From the NCBI GenBank assembly GCA_030390025.1, contig CM059432.1:23004001-23068000 (forward strand): a DNA stretch of 64,000 nucleotides. The letters are read 5' to 3'. The stretch is from Squalus acanthias (Eukaryota). Positions 38,227-51,487 of the stretch are shown one piece after another. Each line of letters opens with the position of its first letter. The first letter of the stretch is position 1. The notes below the pieces were generated by a model. It was not told where the DNA came from and made no database searches. It was given only the letters and a program-made list of their open reading frames with translations. A program made the translations under genes and the position numbers.

Positions 38227-38744
38227 CAGAAGCTCCTCTGAAGACTTTTTAAAGAAACGTTAATAACATATCAGCAGGCTCTTACTAAATGACGATCCCC
38301 TCAGCCAAGTGCCCTTTAATGTGGGTGAGGGGGGCGGGGGGAGGGGTTTAGCTGCCCTGTGGCAACCTGCAGGTTTCAGTTAGATTCCCACACATCTGCA
38401 GTAGAATGTGGCCACGGTCATTTTAAACGCGGAGCATCATTAACGTACCGTCAGCCAATATCCGGGCGGAATGCATTCCTGCTCCTCCTGGCCCCACAAA
38501 GAGAAGTAAAAAAAAATTGCCTTGAATGTGCTTTTCTGCTTCCGATCCTCTTCCGGCTTCACTTTACCTGGTGAGAACGCCGCAATGGCTTCGCCACTCA
38601 GATTGCAGTTAAAATAGCGGTCAGGGCCCGATGATTTCATTGGGCCCCAATCTGCATAATTAAAGAAGGGCCCCGCTGGCTTCAAACGGGTGCCTTTGCC
38701 ACCTGCTCAGAAGAGCAGGTCCAAATCTTATGCACAGATGCAAA

Positions 38745-39350
38745 AACTAATCAAAAAAGGCTAATGGAATTTTGGTCTTTATCTCGATCCGGAATGCAAA
38801 AGTGAGAAAGTGATCCTTGTTGAGACCCCATCTGGGGTACTGCTCTCAGTTTTGGGCAGCGAACCTCAGGAATGATATATTGGCCATTGGAGGTACAATG
38901 AAAATTCACCAGAATGATACCACGGTTTATGAGGACAGGTTGCATAAGCTTGGTTTGTATCTGCTTGGGTTTAGATGGTTGAGGGGTGGTCTAATCAAGG
39001 TCTTTAAATGATAAAGGGATTAGATAGGGTAGATACAAATAAACTACTTCCTCTGGTAGGGGAATCCAGAACAAAGGGGCATCATCTTAAAATTAGAGCT
39101 AGGAAATAAGGAAGTACTATTTTACACAAAGTATAATGGAAATCTGGAACCCTCTCCCCCAAAAGGCTGTGGGCGCCGGGTCAATTTAAATTTTTAAGAC
39201 TGAGGTCGATAGATTTTTGTTAGGTAAGGGTATCAAAGGTTATGGATCAAAGACAAGAAAATTGAGTTGAAGTACAGATCATCCATGATCAAATTAAATG
39301 GCGGAACAGGCTCGAGGGGCTGAACAGCCTATTCTTTTTCCTATGTTCCT
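38745..39350 (+). mobile_element. Degenerate CR1 3' fragment
   Basis: LRPHLGYCSQFW motif. Homologous to 23840-24445. Confidence 0.8.
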
Positions 39351-39555
39351 AAATGTAGGACGGCACGTTCTAGGTGGGACATCAGCGGGTAAGTCACCCA
39401 GTCGATTTTAGCTGCCCACCACACGGTTTTCGCCATGTAAACAACATCCTAGAAATTAAAGAATAGCAAAGGATAAGTATCTGAGCTTTTTCCTGCTGTT
39501 GAATGAATGTTAATAGCTACATCAAATATGCATCTGCCATGCGCGCACACATAAA

Positions 39556-40780
39556 ACAACAACAACAACTTGCATTTATATAGCGCCTTTAACAAAGTAA
39601 AATATCCCAAGTGTCCCGTCACAGGAGCGCTATCAAACAAAATTTGACACCGAGCCACATAAGGAGATATTAGAACAGATTTCAGAGATCTGTCTTAAGG
39701 AGCGTCTTAAAGGAGCAAAGAGAGGTAGAGAGGCGGAAAGGTTTAGGGAGGGAATTCCAGAGCTTAGGGCCTCGGCAACTGAAGGCACGGCCGACAATGG
39801 TGGAGCGATTAAAATGGAGGATGAACAAGAGGCCAGAATTGGAGGAGCGCAGATATCTCGGAGGGTTGTAGGGCAGGAGAAGGTTGCAGAGATAGGGAGG
39901 GGCGAGGTCATGGAGGGATTTGAAAACAAGGATGAGAATTTTAAAATTGAGACGTTGCTTAACCGGGAGCCAATTTAGGTCAGCGAGCACAGGGGTGATG
40001 GGCGAACTGGACTTGGTGCGAGTTAGGACACGGGCAGCCGAGTTTTGAATGACCTCTAGTTTACAGAGGGTGAAAGATGGGAGGCCGGCCAGGAGTGCAT
40101 TGGAATAGTCAAGTCTAGAGGTAACAAAGGCATGAATGAGGGTTTCAGCAGCAGATGAGCTGAGGCAGGGGCGGAGTCGGGCGATGTTACGGAGGTGGAA
40201 ATAGGCGGAAATAGGATGACGCGGATATGTGGTTGGAATCTCATCTCGGGATCAAATACGACACCAAGGTTGCGAACGGTCTGGTTCATCCTCAGATAGA
40301 TGCCAGGGAGAGGGATGGAGTCAGTGGCTAGGGAACGGAGTTTGTGGCGGGGACCGAAAACAATGGCTTTGGTCTTCCCAATATTTAGACGAAGGAAATT
40401 CCTGCTCATCCAGTACTGGATGTCGGACAAGCAGTCAGATAATTTAGAGACTGTGGAGGGGCCGAGCGAGGTGGTGGTGAGGTAGAGCTGGGTATCATCA
40501 GCGTACATGTGGAAACTGACTCTGTGTTTTCAGATGATGTTGCCGAGCAGCAGCATGTAGCTGAGAAATAGGAGGGGGCCAAGGATAGAACCTTGGGGGC
40601 CACCAGAGGTAATGGTGCGGGAGTGGGAAGAGAAGACATTGCAGGTGATTCTCTTGCTATAAACGGATAGATAAGAATGGAACCAGACGAGTGCAGTCCC
40701 ACCTAGCTGGATGACAGTGGAAAGGCTAAGAGAAGGATGGTGTGGTCAACCATGTCAAAGGCTTCAGGCGGTTGAGAAGG
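39556..40780 (-). mobile_element. L2 LINE 3' fragment
   Basis: YADDTQLY and LNWLPV motifs. aacaacaac tail. Confidence 0.88.
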
Positions 40781-41209
40781 ACAAATGTTTCAATGATCTC
40801 ATTAGATCCAATTAGAGCTTGCTCAGCCTATTCAGATACGGAAGTGAAACACAGCACAAGAGGGACAGAACATTTAAAAGCGAGGCAGGGGGAAAAATAT
40901 ACAAAATGGGTGTGGATGTCATTTACAAAGTGCAACTTTTGGAAAAGGCAGTACGTAAAAATGGCAATCATCAGTGTGATCGCATGAAGAACTGAACTGT
41001 ACAAATCCAAATACACACAACAATCATGGTTGCTGTCCAAAGCCACATAGGCAATCCTCAATTATATGGAGGACTGCAATGTAAGTGATGTTTACAGAGG
41101 GATTACACCCATCAAACACAGGTTATAATTAGAGCATAAGCCACAGCTATTATAAGGCACATATCATTTAGTGTCAGTTCCTCCCTTATCTCTTAAAGGG
41201 AAATGGCTC

Positions 41210-41615
41210 ACTGAGTCAGAAGGTTGTGGGTTCAAGCCCCACTCCCGAGACTTGAGCACAAAATCTAGGCTGACACTTCAGTACTGATGGAGTCCTGCAC
41301 TATCGGAGGTGCCATCTTTCGGATGAGACATTAAACCGAGGCCCCGTCTGCCCTCTCAGGTAAACGTAAAAGATTCCATGTCACTATTTTAAAGAAGAGT
41401 AGAGGAGTTTTCCCCAGTGTCCTGGCCAATATTTATCCCTTAACCAACAACCCCAAAAAAGTAGATTATCTGGTCATTATCTTATTGCTGTATGTGGGAC
41501 CTTGCTGTGCACAAATTCGCTGCCGTGTTTCATACATTACAGCAGTGACTACCTGTAAAGCACTTTGGAACATCCTGAGGTCGTGAAAGGTGCTATATAA
41601 TACACTTTTTTCTTT
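41210..41615 (+). mobile_element. Deu-type SINE
   Basis: B box GGTTCAAGCCC. Homologous to 4070-4530. Confidence 0.8.
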
Positions 41616-41954
41616 GAATATTATATTAAACCCATTAGCTGCCTCACTGTTGAAGTAACTAGCATTTCTCAAAGATAAGTAGAGAGGAGGAACGTCATTT
41701 TATATGCTTGATCTTCAGTTCTTGTTTTTGCCTCACCCTCTTTGTTTCGGTCAGTCCTCTAAAAGGATTCTGCTGCTGACCAGTTCTGCTGAAGGGTCCC
41801 AGTTCCAACGTTAACCTGCATTTTTCTTTCTGAATAATCTGCTGTCCATTTTTATTTCAATGTTCACATGGAATACGGCTGATGTGAATGGTCAAATAAA
41901 ATGTCTTGGGCACAAATTATAATTTACTCAGGCCAAGAGGGTGTAGCTGCAGCC

Positions 41955-42762
41955 TAATCCATTCCCTAGCCACTGACTCCATCCCTCTCCCTAGCATCTG
42001 TCTGAGGCTGAACCACACTGTTTGCAACCTTGGTGTCATATTTGACCCTGAAATGAGCCTCCGACCACATACCTGCGGCATAACTAAGACCGCCTATTTC
42101 CACCTCCGTAACATCACCCGTCTCCGCCCTTGCCTCATCTCATCCGCTGCTGAAACCCTCATCCATGCCTTTGTTACCTCTAGACTTGACTATTCCAATG
42201 CTCTTCTGGCTGGCCTCCCACGTTCTACCCTACCTAAACTTGAGGTCATCCAAAACTTGGCTGCCCGTGTCCTAACTTGCACCAAATCCTGTTCATCCAT
42301 CACCCCTGTGTTCATTGACCTACATTGGCTCCCAGTTAAGCAACGCCTCGATTTCAAATTTCTCATCCTTGTTTTCAAATCCCGCCATGGCATCGCCCCT
42401 TCCAATCTCTGTAATCTTCTTCAGCCCCGCAACCCCCCGAGATATCTGTGCCCCTCTAATTCTGCCCTCCTGAGCATCCCTGATTATAATCGCTCAACCA
42501 TTGGTGGCCGTGCCTTCTGTTGCCTAGGCCCTAAGCTCTGAAATTCCCTGCCTGAACCTGTCCGCCTCGCTACCTCTCTTTCCTCCTTTAAGACGCTCCT
42601 TAAAACCTACCTCTTTGACCAAGCTTTTGGTCACCTGCCCTAATTTCTCCTTATGTGGCTCGGTGTCAAATTTTTTGTCTTATAATAATCCTGTGAAGCA
42701 CTTTGGGACATTTTACTACGTTAAAGGTGCTATATAAATACACGTTGTTGTTGTTGTTGTTG
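41955..42762 (+). mobile_element. L2 LINE 3' fragment
   Basis: HAFVTSRLDYSN and LHWLPV motifs. (TTG)n tail. Confidence 0.9.
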
Positions 42763-44121
42763 TACTCACAGGCCACCCTCATGTTCTATAGTATTCTTGG
42801 TGGAGCAGCAAGTGTGATACTCTGCTCTGAGCCAGTATTTTTCAGAGCGCATATCCTCTCCAACAATACAATTGCTTACTTCCACCACTGCAACACTTCG
42901 TCCACCTTTATCTCTGCCCCTCTGCCGCTGAAACTCTCATACATCATCACCTTCATCATCTTCAGCCTCGACTGCTCCAATGCCTTCCTTGTTGGCCGCC
43001 TTTCCTCCACCCTGCATTATGCAGAACTCTGCTGCACAGAACGTTTCCCTGCACTAAATCCTGTTCGCCCATCAGCCCTATCCTCGCTGACTTACATTGG
43101 CACACGGCCCCCAAGCATTCAATTTAAAATCCTCATCTGCATCTTTAAATTCCTGCAAGACCTTGTCCCACCCTATCTCTGGAAACTCCTTCAACCCTGT
43201 ATTCTCCTCTGAACACTGTCCTCTGCCCTCTATTTGACCCTCCGTTGGCCTTCATCCATCCCAGCTTCCGGAATTTCCTCCTTCAATCTTTCCACCTCTC
43301 GCTCCATCTTTAAAAATCTCCTCAAAACACATATCCTTGATCGGGCCTTTGGTCAGGCGTCCTCAGCCCACCCTTCCTGCCTTGGCGTCCATTCTTCTCT
43401 TATGCCTGCCTATCTGTCAATTGCTATGGGACATTAATTATGTTAATGGTGGTAGAGAAATGCAAGGTGTTACTTAAAATCTACTCTGGAAATTACTGTT
43501 TACAATATTAGCAGACGCTTAATGTGTTCCTCTTCCTCCTATTACTATACATGCATTAGCCTGTTTATCTGATATATTTTAATATCTCCATTAAAATACT
43601 GGACAGAGGAATATTGTATCAACATATTCAATCACTAATATCACCAACAACAATTCCCAACCTTATTATTAAAAAGTTAACTAATCTCAGCTGGGTTGGC
43701 AGTGGGGGACCTACAGTTGATCTCAGTGTTCGACTTGGAGGACGTAAAATTGACCAGGGTTCCCAGTTCTGTTTGCTATCCAGTGGCAGATGGGCTGAGG
43801 CAGGGGTGGAGCAGGGCAACGTATGGTGGTGGAGAAAATAGGGGGTCGTAACTCGGAGGCTCAGCTCGCAATCGCTGAGGACGTGAACAGCCTAGTTGAG
43901 CTTGAGACAATTGCTGAGGAGGGGAATGGAATCGATGGTAAGGGTACAGACTTAGTGGCAAAGACCAAAGACAATAGCTTCGGCCACCCCAGTGTTAGGT
44001 GGAGGAAACTGGACTGAATGTCGGATAAATCCTCTGACAACACAAATGCTGTAGAGGGGCCGAGTGGTAGTGGAAAGTTAGAGCTGGGTGTCATCAGCAT
44101 ACATATGGAAACTGAACCCAT

Positions 44122-44906
44122 GGAGGGAATTTGAACCCCCAAAAACATGTAGGTTTGAGTCGGGTGGGATGTGAAAATTTTAAAATTCACAAACCTGAAC
44201 CCAACCCATCTCCAACCCACCCACTTCCGGTTTTAACGGAGGCGGGACAGGGGCAGGCAACCAACCCACTCCCAGGAGGCGGGTTGGTCATTTAAATATT
44301 ATAATGAGGCTGCGTGCCTCATATTATATCTGTTTTCCAGCTTTAATGCTGGCCGGCCGGGTTGCCCAGGCCTCGGGAAACTGGCAGCTGAAGGGAGGCG
44401 AGGACTTCTGCGTGGAACAGATAAGTGCTATTCCAGCACTGCTTGTGGGCCAGGAGAAGCAGGAATGCTTCCCCTGGCCCCCCAAGCTTACCTGCTTCCC
44501 CCACTCCAGGATCGCTGACCCTCCCCCTCAGATCGGACATAAGAATTAGGAGCAGGAGTAGGCCATACAGCCCCTCGAGCCTGCTCCGCCATTCAATAAG
44601 ATCATGGCTGATCTTTGACCTCAATTCCACTTTCCCAGGATCAGACCCCCCCCCAGGAATAGACCTCACCCCAAGATTCATACCCCACCCCGCCCCCCCC
44701 GCCTCACCTCCGCACACTATCACTACTCCAGCAGCAGGCTCCCTACCTGCTCCTGGGGCTGTGTCCTTCTGGAGTGTTCACCGCCCAACAGGGAGCCAAG
44801 CCTGTCAATCAGGCCGGCTTCCGGGCGGGGAACCTGCTGGAAAAAAAAGACACACGCAACGCCTCCCCACCGCTCAGAAAATCCGCCCCAGTCAAGATCG
44901 GAGCCC
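44122..44906. mobile_element. Harbinger-type MITE inserted in an L2 and containing a CR1 tail (about 44537-44636)
   Basis: L2 sequence gaaactgaacccat resumes as catgtctttggatgatg. 3-bp duplication (CAT or ATG). Confidence 0.75.
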
Positions 44907-45139
44907 ATGTCTTTGGATGATGTTGCCAAGTGGTAACATTTTGATGAGGAATAGGAGGGGGCCATGAATGGATCCTTCGGGTAATCCAGAGTTAGCAGTG
45001 TGAGGACAGGAAGAGAACCCATTGCTGGAGATCCCTGGCTACAATCGGATAGGTAAGAGTGGGACCGAGGGAGGGCAGTTCTCTAGGCTGGACAACAGAA
45101 GGGAACCTTTAGAGGAGGATGGTGTGGTCACCCATGTCA

Positions 45140-45606
45140 AAGAAAGAAAGACTTGCATTTATATAGCGCCTTTCACGACTACCGGGCATCTCAAAGTGCT
45201 TTACAGCCAATGAAGTACTTTTGAAGTGTAGTCACTGTTGTAATGTGGGAAACGCGGCAGCCAATTTGCGCACAGCAAGCGCCCACAAACAGCAATGTGA
45301 TAATGACCAGATAATCTGTTTTTGTTATGTTGGTTGAGGGATAAATATTGGCCAGGACACCGGGGATAACTCCCCTGCTCTTCTTCGAAATAGGGCCGTG
45401 GGATCTTTTACGTCCACCTGAGAGAGAGCAGCTGGGCCTCGGTTTAACATCTCATCCGAAAGACGCCACCTCCGACAGTGCAGCACTCCCTCAGCACTGC
45501 ACTGGAGCGTCAGCCTAGCTTTATGTGCTCAAGTCCCTGGAGTGAGACTTGAAGCACACAACCTTCTGACTCAGAGGCGAGTGTGCTACCCACTGAGCCA
45601 CAGCTG
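45140..45606 (-). mobile_element. Most intact Deu-type SINE copy
   Basis: Reverse complement starts gctgtggctcagtgggtagcac (A box), has B box gcttcaagtc and an L2-like tail with (CTTT)n. Confidence 0.88.
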
Positions 45607-47901
45607 ATGCAGAAAGGTCGAGAAAGATGAGGATGCATATTGCACCGTGGTCACAATCATAGAGAATATTGTTTGTGACTTTAGTTAGGGTGGTTTGGAT
45701 GCTGTGGCAGGGGCAAAAACCTGATTGGGAAAATTTAAGCAGGGAAAGATAGCCATGGATTTGAGAGGTGACAACATGTTCAATGAGTTTAGAGACAAAA
45801 GGGAGGTTGAATACGGATGGTAGTTTGCAAGGACAAAGGAGCTGAGGGTAGTTTTCTGATAAGTGGGGTGACTAAAACGGTTTTGAAAGGGACAGGAACG
45901 CCACCTGAGGAGAGGGAACCATTTACAATGTCAGCTAGCGTGGGGGCAGGGATGGGATGTTGGGTGGTCAGCAACTTAGAGGGAATGGGATCAAGGGAAT
46001 AGGAAGTGGATCGGATGGATAAGATGAGCTCGGACAGGGCTTGAGGGGAGATGGGGGTTCACGATTAGAGCAGGAGGGAGACTTCGACCTGATGAAGTGA
46101 AGATGGGGCCATACCTTGGAGAACAACTGGGATAGGAGGTAGAAAAAGTTTTGTTGGGGACAAAGCCATCAAAGGTGGAGGTGAGGGAGTAATTGAACAA
46201 ATTGACAGCTGCTTTGTATTGTGATGTTTGGAGAGCCAAAGGCTGATCTTGATTTTTCTACTCTCTCTCTAATAAACCCGTGTTTGCCTTTATCCCAATT
46301 GCCAGGTTTAGCCCCTATGAACCTAACCATTTCCTCTACAGTATTATTTACTTGAGATGAAGGGATGACTTAATTCTTTGCCGTCTTTCGTCCTGACAGC
46401 TGGAAACACATAGAGGGTGAAAAATTAAAGACTTCATTCTTTAACAGACAGAAATAGAGAAAGTTGGCACCCTCTGTGGTCTGGATCACTTCCAAGGTCT
46501 TGGGCTAAATGCATACTTCACTCAAAATGAGGATCAGAGCATGTTGAAAATATAACAGCTGGCCTCAAAAAGTACAAAAAATTCCTTTCAACGCCACACT
46601 CACTGAGACAGAGGGAGCAATTTTAAACTAACCCGCCCGTCGGGAAACTGACGGGATCAGGTGCAACATTGGTTTTACACCCCGCCCGATTTTACTCTCC
46701 ATTGAAGGCAATAGAGAGTAATATTGGGCCGGGTCCCCAAGGTCCTACCTGCTGGATTGGTTCAGGTGCATGTTAAAGATCCCATCCCGCTATTTAAAAA
46801 GGAGCAAGGAGTGCTCCCAGTGTCTTGACCAACTTTCCTCCTTCAACCAACACACCAAAAAGCGAATGAATAGTCATTCACCTCATTGTGGGATCTCATC
46901 TTGTGCACATTCCTGGCTCTTAGAGGGACCTGGCATATCATTGGCAGCGGTGATACCTGGTGAGATCATTCCAGGCTTGCCTGGGCTGATCGGGACAGCT
47001 CAACGTTTTTCCCGGGAATCCACCAATGCCTTGTTGACGGCCACTCTTGTGCTGCAAATTGTGGTCTCTTCAGTGGGTGGGTGTCCCAGAGTCTCCCTCT
47101 AGTGGCACAATTGCCTGATGCCAGAAACTTTGGAGGAGTCAGCAAAAGAGTTTCCAGACATCCCAATACTTATGCTGAAATACTGGGAGAGCTTTATCCT
47201 GCATTTGGCCTGTGCAATATCTAATTCAGAATGCTTCATGCTGACTATGGGTACAAAACTAGCAAAGTGACCCATCCTCTAGCACTGACTTTGCTCACCT
47301 TGACTGATGTAAGAATACAAGAACTTCAGAAATAGTGTAGTGCCATTACGCCCAATAAGCTCGTTTAGACATCAAAATTGCCTACTTGTATTCTCACCAT
47401 ATTCCTCAAACTCTACTCTCTCAGAAACACGTCTAATTGGTACTTCAATGCACTATACTGTCCATTGCAATGGCATTCTCTGGTAACTTATTCCACAGTT
47501 TTATTAATCATTGGGTGAAGTAATTCTGCTTGGCTTCTTTTCTTATACTTAACTTGTAACCTGTTGTCTCCTGCTATTGAAGCCATTCATTGTAGCGTAG
47601 ATTTGGTGATGTGTTTGTGTGAGCTGTAGGGGTTTAACAATATGTGGATGCTTTCCATGTATTTCAGCTATGAGTCGGAATTAATCAAACTGTGCAACTG
47701 AATGTTATTTTCAGCCTGGATGTCAAAAATATTTCAAGCAACTGGGCATCACAGCCTACAGACTATAGCCTGTCCCTGGCTATAGTCTACACCTGCGTAC
47801 TTCCCAGTAGGAGTTCTTGGACAGCGATCAGAAACATAAACCCCAGCTGATCTCTCCCTGCACCCCCCAATTGTCTAACCAAGGGACACTGAAGCCAATT
47901 G

Positions 47902-48842
47902 TATTGTCCCTACTGTTGCTTTGGCTGAAATTAATACAGCATAGACTGAAACTCGAACCTGGGACCTTATGTAAGACCACAAGAAAGTCCAAAGTGAGAA
48001 TAAGCCATTCAGCCTATCAAGTCCAATCAATCCAGAGCCCAAGTATGATTATTCTATCCTGAACTTTCCCCTCCCACACCGCCTATTGATCCTTACTTCA
48101 GATATCCTTATCCTATCTCCCCTGAAATAAAGTCAAACACTGCTAATGGTCTCCCGATGAATCTTCATCCACTTCTCAACAGAAATGGATCCAGCTCCCT
48201 CTTCAAGGTGTCAATTTATCCCGAATTAGCTATCTTCTTTTCTCTATATCTCAATACCGCAACATGCAGTTTGCTTACCACTGGGCCCTCATTTAAACAC
48301 GAAGGTTCATTTTTAGCCACAGAGATGCCATGTTAGCTGAGACTGACAGTACAGCAAATTCATTTGGTACTTGTATTGAGAGCTTGGCATATTTGGATAG
48401 AAATAAATGTTCTATATTTGCATCTTCCAGCTTAACTACCATAGTGAGAAGAAATCAAACAAATCAAACAGAAACTCTGCCCTCCACCTATTACTGTCCA
48501 AAATTACCTCAGAGAGACCCTAGCCACACTGGTCAATAGCTACCGGCTGGCCTCGCTAATAACTGTTAGCTCACTGCTGTCTCTTAACTTTTAAAAATAA
48601 AGTCTGTTTGACTTTATTTCAGGGGAGATAGGATAAGGATATCTGTAGTAAGGATCACTAGGCGGTGTGGAAGGGGAAAGTTCAGGATAGAGTAATCATA
48701 CTTGGGCTCTGGATTGATTGGACTTGATAGGCTGAATGGCTTATTCTCACTCTGGACATTCTTGTGGTCTTACATAAGGTCCCAGGTTCGAGTTTCAGTC
48801 TATGCTGTATTAATTTCAGCCAAAGCAACAGTAGGGACAATA
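47902..48842. repeat. Inverted duplication with ~238-bp arms and a 465-bp spacer
   Basis: 47902-48139 is the reverse complement of 48605-48842 with few mismatches. Confidence 0.9.
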
Positions 48843-49640
48843 GGCATTGTCTAAATGACAGCTAAATGTTGAATTTGACATTTTCCTTCCAGCCAGTGTC
48901 CAATACAGATATTTATTAGGGCAAATGATTTGATACAGCGTGACATCCCATGGATATCCCACAGACTTGCTGCTCAAGTACTAAAACTTTGCATAAAAGG
49001 TTGTGGAGGCTGTGAGAATGAGGATGTTCGAGCGATTGAAACTTATCACAACAAGTAACTTGCTCTAATTATTATTTGGTGCAATCATTTTTGTATTATC
49101 CTTCTTTCACATTCTCCACCAGCTTCTCCTTAAAAAATGTACTTAAAAGCTTTTTTTATTTAGCTGCTTGCGCCATTACTCTCGATCCTATGGTCCGTTT
49201 TGGAAAAAAAATAATTTAATTGGACAAAAATACATTTTAAAGATATTCCTGTCAGCAGCCCTGCTGCTCGACAGCACCCAGGCAAGTAAACTCGACTGCA
49301 GAACTCAAAGGGTTAACATTAAAATGAAAGCCAATGGTAGATATTTAAAGTGAACATGTATGAATCTGTCCACAAAGTGGTCCACAAATCCCAATGAGAA
49401 CAGAAGACTCTATCTTAGAGCCATATGTAAAATGTATTACACTAAGGGAATTGCTATATAGAAGCAGTCAAAGGGTTGTGAATCTTGGTAATTCTCTACC
49501 CTAGGGGGCTGTGGATGCTCAGTCATTGTGTATATTCAAGACAGGGATCACTAGATTTTTAGATACTAACGTAATCAAGGGATATGGGGATAGTGCGGGA
49601 AGGTGGAGTTGAGGTAGAAGATCAGCCATGATCTTATTGA

Positions 49641-50172
49641 GAAGTGGCACAACACCAGGTTATAGTCCAACAGTTTTATTTAAAATTACGAGCTTTCGGA
49701 GCTGTTGTCCCTTCGTCAGGTAAAGGTACAATGAGGGAATCTATTACACAGTATATAAACACAGAAAGCAATTTGTCTGCAGAGATACAATCTTTTAGGG
49801 AGGCATTACATCAAAGACACATCAGAGTACAGCTAAGACAAAGAGATGGGTCACAGGGGGTCAAAAAAAAAGTTAAAAGCTCAACTGCAGACGGCAGGAT
49901 TTGACACGTTGGACCCCCTGTGACCCATCTCATTGTCTTAGCTGTACTCTGATGTGTCTTTGATGTAATGCCTCCCTAAAAGAATGTATCTGCAGACAAA
50001 TTGCTTTCTGTGTTTATATACTGTGTAATAGATTCCCTCATTGTACCTTTACCTGACGAAGGGGCAACAGCTCCGAAAGCTTGTAATTTTAAATAAAACT
50101 GTTGGACTATAACCTGGTGTTGTGCGACTTCTCATTTTTGTCCACCCCAGTCCAACACCGGCATCTCCGCAT
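49641..50172. mobile_element. Inverted-repeat PLE insertion in a CR1 3' tail (about 49465-50230)
   Basis: 14-bp TSD catgatcttattga (49627-49640 / 50173-50186). Arms at about 49641-49862 and 49912-50130. Hammerhead motifs on both strands. Confidence 0.87.
50049..50086 (+). ncRNA. Minimal type I hammerhead ribozyme motif (PLE-associated)
   Basis: TTAC-CTGACGA-A-GGGGC-AACA-GCTCC-GAAA-GCT-T-GTAA: stem I TTAC/GTAA, catalytic core, stem II, and palindromic AGCT in place of stem III. Confidence 0.75.
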
Positions 50173-50964
50173 CATGATCTTATTGAATGGCGGAGCAGGC
50201 TCAAAGGGCCAAATGGCCTACTCCTGCTCCTATTTCTTATGTTCTTATATTCTCGGTCTTTGTCCATCCAAGTGCTATAGTGAAGGGAAGCAACAGATGG
50301 ACAGTATATCTTGTGTAGATATACACAAATAATTACCTATTGGTGTTACAATTTTTCAACACAGTTTAGTGTCAACATTTCCATTTCAAATTTGCCACAT
50401 CAACTGTCGCAATGTTCTGGTCACAAGGCAGCTCTGTGAACTGAGTTTCTGCAGTCTCTCTCCCAACGAATCGTCATCATGTATATAAAAAAAAAAATTC
50501 ATCAACTCACCATTGGCAATGCCAAGGGCAATATACTAGTGCGGTTGTGTGTAGTTAAGTAATATATTTGTGATCTTCGATTTGTTGCATCAGCTGGCCT
50601 GTCTGTAACATGTGCTCCCACCAAGAGAGAGGGCAGAAAGTTGCTCACAAACTTGTGTTGGAGTTGTCACTGTCCATTTTTGATTGGAAAGTCCTAATAG
50701 GCTGGGTGGACAAGATCCATTTTCGAGTGTGAGGCCCCGTGTTCATCCCATTTTCTAGGTCGCACACAATCTCGTAGAAGCCAAGTATTTATGGTTAGTA
50801 TAGGACTCAGAGACTCCGGGTTTTGCTGTTTCAGTTGGTATGAGTAGACAACTTCTTGCCTCGTTCTCCACTCAGCAACCACTGCTGCTGAGATCTGTAT
50901 GAGTTATTTGCAGCCAGGTTAATCTGATGTCCTGATGTTAAGATCCTGCAAATCCATTGGCAGG

Positions 50965-51487
50965 ATAGGCGCACCAACGTCAGTGTTCTTGCTCAGGCCA
51001 ACATCCCCAGCATCGAAGATTTGACCACGCTCGATCAGCTCCGATGGACGGGTCGCTCATCCGTATGCCCGATACGAGACTCCCAAAACAAACGCTCTAC
51101 TCGGAACTCCGACACGGCAGGAGAGCCCAAGGTGGGCAGAGGAAACGCTTCAAGGACACCCTCAAAGCCTCCTTGAAAAAGTGCAACATCCCCACCGACA
51201 CCTGGGAATCCCTGGCCCAAGACCGCACAAAGTGGAGGAAAAGCATCGGGAAGGCGCCGAACACCTCGAGTCTCTTCGCCGGGAGCAAGCGGAAGCCAAG
51301 CGCAAACAGCGGAAGGAGCGCACGTCAACCCAAGCACCCCACCCACCCGCCCCTTCAACCACTGTCTGCCCCACCTGTGACAGAGACTGTAGGTCCCGCA
51401 TCGGACTCATCAGTCACCTGAGAACTCATTTTTAGTGTGGAAGCAAGTCATCCTCAGTTCCGAGGGACTGCCTTAAAGAAGAAGAAT
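50965..51487 (+). mobile_element. RTE-clade LINE 3' fragment
   Basis: RMPDTRLPKQTLYSEL..GGQRKRFKDTLK..WESLAQDR, C-terminal CPTC..HLRTH zinc motif and (AAG)n tail. Confidence 0.88.

Noticed and set aside
15032..50172. Recurring palindromic repeats as CRISPR-like arrays or DNA-transposon TIRs
   Set aside because: They are dispersed, have no spacer array, and show asymmetric arms, long TSDs and hammerhead/GIY-YIG hallmarks of PLEs.
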